Source of the DNA: Candidatus Aenigmatarchaeota archaeon
GTDB lineage: Archaea > EX4484-52
Length of the DNA: 64,000 bases
Assembly: GCA_023137195.1 (NCBI GenBank)
Contig: JAGLPV010000015.1
Coordinates: 1 to 64,000, forward strand
Direction: 5' to 3'
The notes beneath the pieces are model-generated. The model was not told the origin of the DNA. It saw only the letters and a list, made by a program, of their open reading frames with translations, and did no database searches. A program made the position numbers and the translations under genes. Numbering within the stretch: the stretch's first letter is position 1; each line of letters begins with the position of its first letter. Below, in pieces: positions 8,437 through 17,203 of the stretch.

Positions 8437-9024
8437 ATGAAAATTTTAGGAATTTGTGGCTCGCCGCGGGATAAAAGCAATACGGAACTTGCTTTAAGAG
8501 TGGCTCTTGATGAAGTAAAAAAGGAAAGTATTGAAACAGATGTTGTCTTGTTGGGGGGAAAGAAAATAGAGCAATGCACTCATTGTAATCTGTGCGCTGA
8601 TGGCTCATGTCCTGTGGATGATGATGCAAAAGAAATTTTGCAGAAAATGACAGAAGCAGATGGAATAATAATTGCAACACCAACTTATTTTGCGGATGTT
8701 TCCGGTCTGATTAAAACTTTGATGGACAGGACGGTGGCTTTGAGAAGAGGCGGAATGCTGTTGAAAAACAAAATCGGCGGGGCTATTGCTATCGGGGCTT
8801 CACGCAACGGCGGACAGGAGCATGCATGTATGACAATCATAAGATTTATGCTTCTCCATGAGATGATTATTGTAAGCGATGAAAAAACTGCTCATTTCGG
8901 CGGGATAGGTGTTGGTTCTTCAAAGAACAAAGAGGCTGTTTTAACAGATGAAACAGGGCTTCAGACAATCAGGAATATTGGTGCAAAAGTAGCGAAATTA
9001 GTTAAATATGGAATTAAAAATTAA
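8437..9024 (+). CDS. Iron-sulfur flavoprotein / multimeric flavodoxin (Isf-like)
   Basis: GICGSPR..SNT, CxxCxxC-x4-C (CTHCNLCADGSC), ATPTYF, KTLMDR, RNGGQE. Confidence 0.9.
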   Translation: MKILGICGSPRDKSNTELALRVALDEVKKESIETDVVLLGGKKIEQCTHCNLCADGSCPVDDDAKEILQKMTEADGIIIATPTYFADVSGLIKTLMDRTVALRRGGMLLKNKIGGAIAIGASRNGGQEHACMTIIRFMLLHEMIIVSDEKTAHFGGIGVGSSKNKEAVLTDETGLQTIRNIGAKVAKLVKYGIKN

Positions 9025-9742
9025 ACAATTGAGGATAAAACACAATGGGGTTGTCGTCCAGATTTATTATTCTCTCCGGGTGAAAATCAAAAAAGCAATT
9101 ATATTTGCCTATGGACTCCCGAGCGCCCCGTTAAATAAAAATGATTACTTGGTCGGGAATTTTATAGAAAAAGGTTTTCTTGTTGCTTGTCCACAATACA
9201 TGGGGACTTATGACAGCGAAGGGGAGTTTTCTCTTGACAATTGCGTGGAATCAATAAATGCAACAATTGATCTGTTGAATTTAAATAAAATTGCCCCTGA
9301 ATTCAATGCAGAAGAGATTGTTCTTTGCGGAGGGAGTTTTGGTGCGAGTATAGTTCTTCTTTGCGCTTCTAAAGAAAAAGAGATAAAAAAAGTAATTTCT
9401 ATTGCAGTTCCGCTTAACTGGACGGAAAAAGACATTAAAGAAGAATCTGAATTTATTGAAAAATTATGGAAATATACGCACAGGATAAAGAAAAATAATT
9501 TCAAAACCCTGCTCCGGATGGATTTGACAAAGATAATTTCTGATTTGGAAGATAAAAAACTGTTCCTGATACACGGCAAAAACGACAAAGTTGTTGATGT
9601 CAAAAACTCTTTTGCAATTTTCAATGCACTGGAAAAACAGCAAAAGACAAATAGACTTTTAATATTGGAAGAAGAACATATTGGTTGCGGAACGCTGTGC
9701 AACAAAAATATATTTGAAGAGGTGATTGAATGGTTAAAATAA
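9008..9742 (+). CDS. Alpha/beta hydrolase
   Basis: GGSFG nucleophile elbow, IHGKNDKVV acid motif, C-terminal His (EEEHIG). Confidence 0.8.
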   Translation: MELKIKQLRIKHNGVVVQIYYSLRVKIKKAIIFAYGLPSAPLNKNDYLVGNFIEKGFLVACPQYMGTYDSEGEFSLDNCVESINATIDLLNLNKIAPEFNAEEIVLCGGSFGASIVLLCASKEKEIKKVISIAVPLNWTEKDIKEESEFIEKLWKYTHRIKKNNFKTLLRMDLTKIISDLEDKKLFLIHGKNDKVVDVKNSFAIFNALEKQQKTNRLLILEEEHIGCGTLCNKNIFEEVIEWLK

Positions 9743-10398
9743 AGGCGGTATTGTTTGACATGGACGGGACTTTGCTTGACAGCTACGATGCCTATTTTTT
9801 GGCATGGAGAGATACTCTTAAAGAATACGGGGTAAATCTGTCACGGGAAAAATCAAACTCCATGGGAGGGATGTCTTATACAGAAATGATGAAGGCATTT
9901 CTCGGGGAGAAATACTATGACCTAAAAAAACAGAATCGTATGGATGCTATATTTGATTGCCTTTCTGATAAATCATATTCTTTTTTAGCGAAAAATGGTA
10001 AACCCAAACCATTTGCAAAAGAGACTCTTCTTTCACTAAAAAAAGGAGGAATGAACATAGCAGTTGTCTCTTCATCTTCAAGAAGAATACTTGACCTTTC
10101 GATTCAACTGCTCGATATACAGGATATGATTGATTTTTCTATATCTGATAAGGATGTTGTCCACAACAAACCTGCTCCTGATTGCTACCTGATGGCAAAG
10201 GACAGGTATCGTATGCCTACTAATGAGTGTATTGTTGTGGAAGATAGCCCGATAGGGATTGAAGCAGGCAAAAGCGCGGGAATGAAAGTGATTGGGGTAA
10301 CAGGGAGTTTTGAGAATGAGAAACTAAACAGTGCGAGCCCAGATTATGTTTTTGATAATCTGAAAGATGCAGGAGATAAAATTATTAACTTAAAATGA
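9730..10398 (+). CDS. HAD-IA phosphatase / beta-PGM-like hydrolase
   Basis: FDMDGTL, VVSSS, KPAPD, VVEDSPIGIEAG. Confidence 0.9.
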   Translation: MVKIKAVLFDMDGTLLDSYDAYFLAWRDTLKEYGVNLSREKSNSMGGMSYTEMMKAFLGEKYYDLKKQNRMDAIFDCLSDKSYSFLAKNGKPKPFAKETLLSLKKGGMNIAVVSSSSRRILDLSIQLLDIQDMIDFSISDKDVVHNKPAPDCYLMAKDRYRMPTNECIVVEDSPIGIEAGKSAGMKVIGVTGSFENEKLNSASPDYVFDNLKDAGDKIINLK

Positions 10399-11528
10399 TA
10401 AATATGGAAATGAAAATTGTTGATCTGGAAACAGGAAAGAAAAAGGACAAGATTATTAAGACGATTGAATGGGGCAGCAAAAGCGCGACCAAAGAGAACC
10501 ATGAACATTTTATGATTAAGGAAATTTTAGAACAGCCACAGGCGATAAAACAGGCAATAATGCAGGATGATGCAAAATTGATGAAAATGGCTATTGGAAT
10601 ATTGCGTTCAAGGCAGGTGATAATTACTGCCTGTGGAAGTTCGAGGTACGCGGCGCTTATAGGTCGGTATTTGTTTTCAAAAATAGGGGGGAAATTCTGC
10701 GATGTTGTCATGTCATCCGAATTCGGGTATTTTGCTGATTCAATAGATAAGAATACGCTTGTTATAGCTGTTTCCCAGAGCGGGGAGACTGCGGATGTCC
10801 TGGATGGATTAAATCAGGCAAAGGAGAAAGGGGCGGAGATTTATTCTATAGTCAATGTTGTGGACTCGACAATTGCGCGGATGAGTGATGAGGTGCTTTA
10901 TCTTAACTGCGGTCCTGAAATAGGTGTTGCCGCGACAAAAAGCTTTTTATCACAGATGATTATTTTTTACATCCTTGCCTTTGCAATGAACAATAAAATA
11001 GATTATGCGAGGAAAGAATTGACAAAAGTTTCTGATTTGATTGAAAAAAGTCTGCCCTATACGATGGAGACCACAAAAAAAATAGCTAAACTAACAAAGA
11101 AACAAAATGATTTCTTTTATATCGGGAGGGGTATTAATTTTGCAGTTGCATCCGAGGGCGCATTGAAATTGAAGGAATTGTCTTATATCCATGCAGAAGG
11201 GATGCCTGCCGGAGAACTGAAACATGGGACAATTGCCCTGATAGAAGACAATACGCCGGTAGTGGCAGTAAATCCAAATGACAATACTTATCCGGAAACG
11301 CTTTCTAATGCAGAGGAGACAAAATCGAGGGGGGCTGTAATAATCGGGATAGGTGATAAGGAGAGCCATGTTTATGATTATTTTATAAAAATAGAAAAAG
11401 TCCAGGATATATTCTATCCGATTATGTGCGTTATCCCGGAACAGCTTTTGGCGTATTTTCTGGCGGTCGAAAGAGGGAAAAACCCGGACAAGCCACGAAA
11501 TCTGGCAAAGAGTGTTACTGTTAAATAA
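10395..11528 (+). CDS. glmS: GlmS isomerase half (linker plus two SIS domains) encoded as a separate gene
   Basis: HFMIKEILEQP, ACGSS, SQSGETAD, GPEIGVAATK, EGALKLKE, ELKHG, and the C-terminal PRNLAKSVTV. Confidence 0.94.
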   Translation: MINMEMKIVDLETGKKKDKIIKTIEWGSKSATKENHEHFMIKEILEQPQAIKQAIMQDDAKLMKMAIGILRSRQVIITACGSSRYAALIGRYLFSKIGGKFCDVVMSSEFGYFADSIDKNTLVIAVSQSGETADVLDGLNQAKEKGAEIYSIVNVVDSTIARMSDEVLYLNCGPEIGVAATKSFLSQMIIFYILAFAMNNKIDYARKELTKVSDLIEKSLPYTMETTKKIAKLTKKQNDFFYIGRGINFAVASEGALKLKELSYIHAEGMPAGELKHGTIALIEDNTPVVAVNPNDNTYPETLSNAEETKSRGAVIIGIGDKESHVYDYFIKIEKVQDIFYPIMCVIPEQLLAYFLAVERGKNPDKPRNLAKSVTVK

Positions 11529-11631
11529 ATCCACAGAACGCACGGGAAACGTTCGTGTATAATTAATGAATTGGAGACTGTTCAATTACAAACGAACATG
11601 TGAAGACAACCCCACAAGAAAGTTTGTGTAT

Positions 11632-11650
11632 CATTCAATAAAATTGAATG
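11632..11650. repeat. Palindrome family C, copy 1 (CATTCAAT-AAA-ATTGAATG)
   Basis: Perfect 8-bp arms; related copies at 35280-35298 and 57681-57699 with similar flanks. Confidence 0.8.
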
Positions 11651-11706
11651 TGTAGAACCTATATTTTCTTGTATCTCGCGGTTTTTAGATTGCTGTACAA
11701 ATAAAA

Positions 11707-12003
11707 TTATTCTTTTTGGTTAGGAATGGTTATTGGTATCAAATGTTCTCTTGCAGAAATTATTTCTTTTTTCTTGTTCTTGTCTTTTATAGCAATGACA
11801 TATGCCCTTCCTCTTTCTTCAATAACTCTGCCGAAAACGCCGTAATATCGCGGATGAGGGCATCCTTTTGAAATAGAAGAATTTATTTTGATAACCACCG
11901 GGTCTCCCACACTGAATTCTCTCATTCTTTGCGTGATTGTAGTTCTTTCTTTGTGCCTTAATAGGCGTCTTGTTTTGTTTTTAAATCCTCTTGACCTTCT
12001 CAT
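11707..12003 (-). CDS. rpl21e: 50S ribosomal protein L21e
   Basis: MRRSRGFKNKTR, GDPVVIKINSS, GCPHPRYYG, RGRAYVI, EHL. Confidence 0.95.
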   Translation of the reverse strand: MRRSRGFKNKTRRLLRHKERTTITQRMREFSVGDPVVIKINSSISKGCPHPRYYGVFGRVIEERGRAYVIAIKDKNKKKEIISAREHLIPITIPNQKE

Positions 12004-12055
12004 GTTAAGTATATTTTTGTTTAGTTTTTTAAAAGTTGTGCTTTATATTAGATGT

Positions 12056-12460
12056 ATGCCTGAAAAAATAGAAGAAGAAACAAAGCCAGTTGAAGAAAAA
12101 GAAGAAGATGCTAAACTAGTTGAAGAAAAAGAAGAGGATTCTAAATCAGTTGAAGAAAAAGTTCCTGAAGTAAAAAAGAAACCTGCTCCTGTGAAAAAAA
12201 AAGAAGTGCCTTATACGTTTTCTAAAAACAAAGACGGTTTTGTTGAAGTTAAATTCAGCGAAGATTCCTGTGGTTTGAGTACAATGATTGCAGAAGAATT
12301 GTGGGATGTAAAAGGAGTTGTTTTTTCCGCGCAAAAAAGAGGGCATATCCTTATAGATAAGCCAAAACTGATTTTTAAGGCAAAAGATGAGAAAAAAGCA
12401 CTGCTTGATGCAATATCTTCTGTTGAAAAAAAACTTGATGAATTGAAGAAGAAGATTTAA
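12056..12460 (+). CDS. rpoL: RNA polymerase subunit L (Rpo11), divergent, with acidic repetitive N-terminal extension
   Basis: C-terminal region EDSCGLSTMIAEELW..KGVVFSAQKRGHILIDKPKLIFK..KALLDAI fits the RpoL pattern. ATG at 12056. Confidence 0.7.
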   Translation: MPEKIEEETKPVEEKEEDAKLVEEKEEDSKSVEEKVPEVKKKPAPVKKKEVPYTFSKNKDGFVEVKFSEDSCGLSTMIAEELWDVKGVVFSAQKRGHILIDKPKLIFKAKDEKKALLDAISSVEKKLDELKKKI

Positions 12461-12548
12461 TTTTATTCTTGTTTGAGGTTTATATTTTTTATTACAAGTA
12501 AAAATTCTGCGGATTTAATTCTTCTTTAGAATGTGCAGAATTTTTTCA

Positions 12549-12667
12549 TTGTGCATAAAGTATGAAAGTGTCGCATGATACTTTAGGCACAACATTAAAA
12601 CCCCCTACTGTAAGCGGTTTTATTGTGTTGTGTCTAAACTTGTACGCAAAATATAGTTTATACACAA
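12549..12667. repeat. Alternating inverted-repeat array (family D; about 13-bp motif TTGTGYMTAAAST in four alternating orientations)
   Basis: Arms at 12549 (ttgtgcataaagt), 12580 (actttaggcacaa), 12628 (ttgtgtctaaact) and 12655 (agtttatacacaa). Confidence 0.82.
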
Positions 12668-12718
12668 GAACAAATTTATGCATTTGGTATATCCAACTGC
12701 TCTGGGCTTTTCATTGAT

Positions 12719-12970
12719 TTATCGGTAATATTTTTTACTCTTTTCAATCAACCGAAAAAGAGTGCTATCGTGATACATTCCTAGTGTATCTACGCCGTTT
12801 TCTCTTGAACCGGCATAATGCTGTTTTGTGCTTAATGCCAAGGGTAAAAAGAATATCAAAAAAGATATTGTTAAACCTGTCGACCCATATCTTATCCAGC
12901 AAATAACGGAGAATAATATGCAAACCAAATAAACAGGCACAATAATCCTGTCAAAATCATGACTTTTCAT
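12719..12970 (-). CDS. Small hypothetical membrane protein (two TM segments)
   Basis: Two hydrophobic stretches; starts 3 nt after the upstream stop codon. Confidence 0.55.
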   Translation of the reverse strand: MKSHDFDRIIVPVYLVCILFSVICWIRYGSTGLTISFLIFFLPLALSTKQHYAGSRENGVDTLGMYHDSTLFRLIEKSKKYYR

Positions 12971-12973
12971 AGT

Positions 12974-13237
12974 CTACACTTTTGTAGTTTTATCAAGCGA
13001 CTCTATTTTCCCTATTATGTTCCATACCTCTGTTCTCAGCATAGGGGGGACAATTTTCATTGTATTTATTTCTTCTAAAACGAGCATTACATTATTCATC
13101 TTTTCTGTGTCTTGTTTGTCTTTTTCATTCAATAACTCGATGCATTGAGTTAAATCTTCCCTGATTTTTCTTGGCATCTTGATGCTATCCTTGATATAAG
13201 TTATTTCCTCGCTTAGTTCCTGCATTCCTTCTTCCAT
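12974..13237 (-). CDS. UPF0147 family protein
   Basis: D..MPRKIR ... LEEIN..K.VPPMLRTEVWNIIGKIES pattern. Confidence 0.78.
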   Translation of the reverse strand: MEEGMQELSEEITYIKDSIKMPRKIREDLTQCIELLNEKDKQDTEKMNNVMLVLEEINTMKIVPPMLRTEVWNIIGKIESLDKTTKV

Positions 13238-13314
13238 ATTTTGTCGCAATAAATATATTATCAGAAGCTATTATTTTTAAAAATCTATTTAATTGTTCTT
13301 CTTAGATAGATACT

Positions 13315-14643
13315 ATGTTTTCAAAAATAAAGGATGCACTCTCTAAATTCAATCTTGGAATCGGGGACAAAAAAGCAACTGAAGAGCTTATAAAAGAAAT
13401 ACAGCGGAACCTTATAAGGGCAGATGTTGATATAAAATTGGTTTTTGAGCTTTCCGGCAACATACGGACAAAAGCTCTTCAAAAACCAAAATCCGGCATC
13501 AGCAGGAAGGAGCATATAATAAATGTTGTTTACGAGGAACTTACACGAATCCTGGGCGATAAAAAAGGCAAAATCGTGTTTGAGAACGAAATTATTATTC
13601 TTGCGGGGCTTTACGGGAGTGGTAAAACAACTACTATTGTAAAACTTGCAAATTATCTGAAGCGAAAAAGTAAGTCCTGTGGCATTGTCTGTGCTGACTT
13701 AGACAGACCCGCAGCTTACGAGCAGTTGTCTCAGTCTGCCGCAAAATGCAAGATAGATGTGTTTGGGAAGAAGGATGCAAAAAGAAAGGATGTTTTAGAT
13801 GTATTGGATACCGGTCTGGAACATTTTTCTTCAAAGGATGTTATTCTTGTTGATACTGCGGGGAGGTCTTCTTTTGATGAGGCCTTGAAAAAAGAGTTGA
13901 AATCAATAATTGATACCTGTAAAACAAAAACAAAGAGGGATGTCGGCATTTATCTTGTCTGCAGTGGAGATATAGGAAAATCTGCAAAAGGTCTGGCAGA
14001 GTCATTCAAGGAGATTTCGGGGAAGATATCCGGCGTTATCCTGACTAAAATGGACAGTTCTGCAAAGGGCGGCGGGGCATTGTCGAGTTGCTATGGTGCG
14101 GATGCACCTGTTGTCTTTATTGGTGTCGGGGAAAAGACAGAGGATTTTGAAGAATACGACCCTGTGCGGTTCACTTCCAGACTGCTTGGCATGGGTGATT
14201 TGCAGGGGTTGCTTGAAAAAGTACAGAACGCGGTTGATGAAGAAGAGATGGAGAAAATGATGGAAGGTGATCTGAATATGGAAACCTTTTATCTCCAGCT
14301 CAAGAATATTAAGAAGATGGGTTCTTTGTCAAAAATGATGTCAATGATCCCGGGGCTTAGTTCTGCAAATATACCTAAGGGTGTGATGGATAACAGCGAG
14401 GAAAAATTGAAAGGGTATGAAGCGATAATTGCTTCTATGACAAAAAAAGAGCGTCTTGATCCGGAACTTATCGACAGATCCAGGATAGAGCGGATTGCTA
14501 AAGGCTCCGGTGTCCAGCCCAGTGATGTTAAAGAGTTGTTAAAGCAGTTTAGGATGATAAAGAAGATGACTAAAAAGATGCAGTCTAAGTCATTTATGAA
14601 AGGGAAGCTCGGGAATATGATGAAGAGTATGGGTGGGTTTTAG
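13315..14643 (+). CDS. srp54: Signal recognition particle protein SRP54
   Basis: GLYGSGKTTT, DLDRPAA, DTAGR, TKMD, GGGALS, GMGDL and a Met-rich M domain with SRIERIAKGSG. Confidence 0.97.
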   Translation: MFSKIKDALSKFNLGIGDKKATEELIKEIQRNLIRADVDIKLVFELSGNIRTKALQKPKSGISRKEHIINVVYEELTRILGDKKGKIVFENEIIILAGLYGSGKTTTIVKLANYLKRKSKSCGIVCADLDRPAAYEQLSQSAAKCKIDVFGKKDAKRKDVLDVLDTGLEHFSSKDVILVDTAGRSSFDEALKKELKSIIDTCKTKTKRDVGIYLVCSGDIGKSAKGLAESFKEISGKISGVILTKMDSSAKGGGALSSCYGADAPVVFIGVGEKTEDFEEYDPVRFTSRLLGMGDLQGLLEKVQNAVDEEEMEKMMEGDLNMETFYLQLKNIKKMGSLSKMMSMIPGLSSANIPKGVMDNSEEKLKGYEAIIASMTKKERLDPELIDRSRIERIAKGSGVQPSDVKELLKQFRMIKKMTKKMQSKSFMKGKLGNMMKSMGGF

Positions 14644-14676
14644 TAAAAAATTCTTCTAAATGCTGATTTAATGAAC

Positions 14677-14803
14677 AACCCTACAGCAAGTTACGGGGTA
14701 TCTACCTAAAGTTAAATCTTGGAGTGTATAATTTTATTTTGACCATTAGGAAAAAGAAAGCATACTATAGTTGTTTTATCTCATAGCAAGCCATGAAGAA
14801 TTC
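14677..14803. mobile_element. Probable decayed IS200/IS605-derived non-autonomous element (two GCAAG-loop hairpin ends)
   Basis: aaccctacagcaagttacggggtat (14677) and ttttatctcatagcaagccatgaagaattc (14774) resemble the subterminal CCCC..AGCAAGCT..GGGGT hairpins of this family. No transposase lies between them. Confidence 0.45.
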
Positions 14804-14952
14804 TCAAGGCAAACAAATAACATGAAATTTGATGAGAGTTTAGATGAGGACTAAATTAAGAGAATAAGATGTGTTGTTTTTGTTATTTATGCAACAACAC
14901 CTCCTGGATTTTGCTCTTAGAAATTTATTTAAACATGAAGTTGTAATTTATT

Positions 14953-15785
14953 ATGATGGAAGGAGATTTGGAATCTTATGTGAAAGAAAGATTAAACAAA
15001 GGTCATTCTATAGAATCAATAAAAAATACATAAGAGCTTCTGGTTACAATTCAACTGTTGTAGATGATGTTATCCATTCTAAACAACCACAGTCTAGATT
15101 TCAAAATACACAAGCACTCATAAACACCATAACTTCTCATCAAAAGACAACTGATGCATCTCAAAATAATACACAACTATCGGAAAACACGAGCAACGAA
15201 TTCCAGAATATGACCTTCATAGAAAAAGTAAAAATGATTATTTTTGAGCCCACAAAATTCTTCAACATCATGCCTCAAAAGGGAGGATATAAAGAGCCTA
15301 TTATTTTTTATACGATTTTTATTATTATTCCAATTTTATTATATGTGCTCTACCTCACAATAGTTGATTTCTTTAGTGTGGAGACTTTTATCTTCCTTTC
15401 AATAACAGTATCGATAGGGTTATTAATATTGATTCTCATTAATTTGTTCCTTTCTCCATTGTTTTTTAACATTTTGTTTAAAAGATAGGAGGTAAGGGAA
15501 CTTATGAATCCACTTTTAGAGTCATAGCGTACTCATCAGTGCCATACATTATTATATGGCTACCTTTGGTGGGATTACCCGCAGCATTCTACCAGTTCTA
15601 CATAGAATACGGGTCATCAAAAAGTTCAAGGTATAAGCGTTCTAAAAATTGTAGTTGCGATGTGTTTAATTCCAAGTTTGATGTTTATTATTTTGGTGGT
15701 ATCATCTATTGCATTAGTCATATTCTCTTTAGATACGGAGTTGCCTCTCTTATTAATGGGTTTATTAGAAACTATTTTGTATTGA
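14953..15785 (+). pseudogene. Yip1-family membrane protein pseudogene (three frameshifts)
   Basis: Joining frames gives MMEGDLESYVKERLNKGHSIESIKNT / RASGYN...FEPTKFF...GGYKEP...FNILFK / IGGKGTYESTFRVIAYSSVP...IEYG / KVQGISVLKIV...ETILY*. Breaks near 15030, 15483 and 15615. Confidence 0.8.
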
Positions 15786-15821
15786 ATCTTTTGCAGTGTT
15801 GCATTCATATTTCCTATCAAA

Positions 15822-16202
15822 TCAATCAAACAAATCCTTCTTCCTGTGCTTTTTGATAGAAATAGATAATTTGTCAAAGAAAACTTCGGCACGGTCGGAT
15901 TTGACATAGTATTTTTTCTCTTCCACTTCCAGCATACCTACTCCGACCAGCTTGTTTATCATAGTATAATATGTGGTCTTGGATATGTTTTTCCTGCGGC
16001 AGTAATCAGTCCAGCGGTCTCTTTCAAAATAAGGACTGGAATTCTCGTGCTCCATTTCATTTAGAAACTCTCTTGCCAGTGAAGGCAGAAGCATGTTTTT
16101 TCTGCTTCTGTACAATAACTCCAGGAAAAAGTCGAAATCCGGCTCTTCAAGAGGTTTTACTATTATTGTTGTCTCGTATTTTTTTGGATTTTTTTTCTCC
16201 AT
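15822..16202 (-). CDS. Hypothetical protein with probable winged HTH
   Basis: C-terminal ISKTTYYTMINKLVGVGMLEVEEKKYYV is a wHTH-like recognition helix plus wing. Confidence 0.55.
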   Translation of the reverse strand: MEKKNPKKYETTIIVKPLEEPDFDFFLELLYRSRKNMLLPSLAREFLNEMEHENSSPYFERDRWTDYCRRKNISKTTYYTMINKLVGVGMLEVEEKKYYVKSDRAEVFFDKLSISIKKHRKKDLFD

Positions 16203-16349
16203 ACTATGCCTTAATAAAAATCTACCCGACCTATTGCCACAATACAAGAGATTTTTTGGCGTTATGTAAAGTATTATGCACTACTTATATACTTTATCTA
16301 TATATTAAAGAATTACAAAAGCATTTAAATTTATCCTTGATTTAAGTAT

Positions 16350-16508
16350 ATGGCTAAAGAAAAAAAGCAACTTCCTTTTTCCCAGGCAGGACTGGTGAAT
16401 TATACAGGGGATGTCAAGTCAGGCATAAAAATGAAGCCCGAATATGTTATTATTTTTGCGGTTATACTGGTTTTTATTGAAATTGCCCTCTGGAGAGGCG
16501 GGCTGTAA
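16350..16508 (+). CDS. secG: Preprotein translocase subunit Sec61beta (archaeal SecG)
   Basis: Not in the ORF track (52 aa): MAKEKKQLPFSQAGLVNYTGDVKSGIKMKPEYVIIFAVILVFIEIALWRGGL, with the AGLV.Y and IK..PE.V motifs plus a TM helix. Confidence 0.88.
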   Translation: MAKEKKQLPFSQAGLVNYTGDVKSGIKMKPEYVIIFAVILVFIEIALWRGGL

Positions 16509-17201
16509 TTAATCTTCCCTTTTCATAGAATATCCTTTTGAACTTAGTTCCATTACTCTTTGAGTTCTTATGCCCATATACTCTACTGTCGCTTTTGTCG
16601 GGGCAGAAGATATAAATGTAAATACGATTGGGTTTATAGTTCCACTTAATGTAGTCTTGATTGTGTAAAATGTGAACCCTTCTGTTTTTTGGGCTATTAT
16701 TGTGCCGGAACCCAAGGGCATGATTACCATATCAATAGAGTGGTTTGTCTTTATCATTATGTCCAGACGATTGTAGATATTGGCATCAAGATTAGAGTTG
16801 TATGTTAATGTAACGGTTTCCTCATCTGCGTTAAACTTCATTTCAAGTGCATTGTCTACCCTAGTTGCAGTAGCACCAGCAGTTGTTATATCCGGTTCAT
16901 TCCTAAAACCATCAAAAAAACCAAATTCCCCGGCATATTTTAGATTGTAATTTTTTTTGAAAAACAAGTCCTGCTGGTATTTTGTAACCTGTTCTAGATT
17001 TGCATTTGCGTTTTTTGCATCTAAAGCGTCCTTTATCGCATTGTTGTATGAATTTGTATAGGAAAGATATGAATTTATCAGTGTTGTGTCCTGTTTGGGG
17101 ATGGATACTTTCATATCGTTTAATCTTGCAAATAGACCGGAAAAAATTAAAACAAGGACTACTGCGGTTACGATGAAGAATTGGGCTTTTTTATGTTTCA
17201 T
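16509..17201 (-). CDS. Secreted protein with class III (pilin-like) signal peptide
   Basis: MKHKKAQ-FFIVTAVVLVLIF: basic KKAQ cleavage motif followed by a hydrophobic helix. Confidence 0.65.
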   Translation of the reverse strand: MKHKKAQFFIVTAVVLVLIFSGLFARLNDMKVSIPKQDTTLINSYLSYTNSYNNAIKDALDAKNANANLEQVTKYQQDLFFKKNYNLKYAGEFGFFDGFRNEPDITTAGATATRVDNALEMKFNADEETVTLTYNSNLDANIYNRLDIMIKTNHSIDMVIMPLGSGTIIAQKTEGFTFYTIKTTLSGTINPIVFTFISSAPTKATVEYMGIRTQRVMELSSKGYSMKRED

Positions 17202-17203
17202 AT

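Noticed and set aside
7742-10398. Intron, intein or transposon interrupting glmS
   Set aside because: The intervening DNA is four intact metabolic genes with no endonuclease or transposase and no terminal repeats; each glmS half has its own start and stop.
15470-15490. Programmed -1 frameshift at GTTTAAAAG
   Set aside because: The heptamer is not in the right phase and two other breaks exist, so decay is simpler.
14871-15907. ORF-track entries 14871-15488, 15539-15856 and 15626-15907 as separate genes
   Set aside because: They are fragments or antisense shadows of one frameshifted Yip1 gene.
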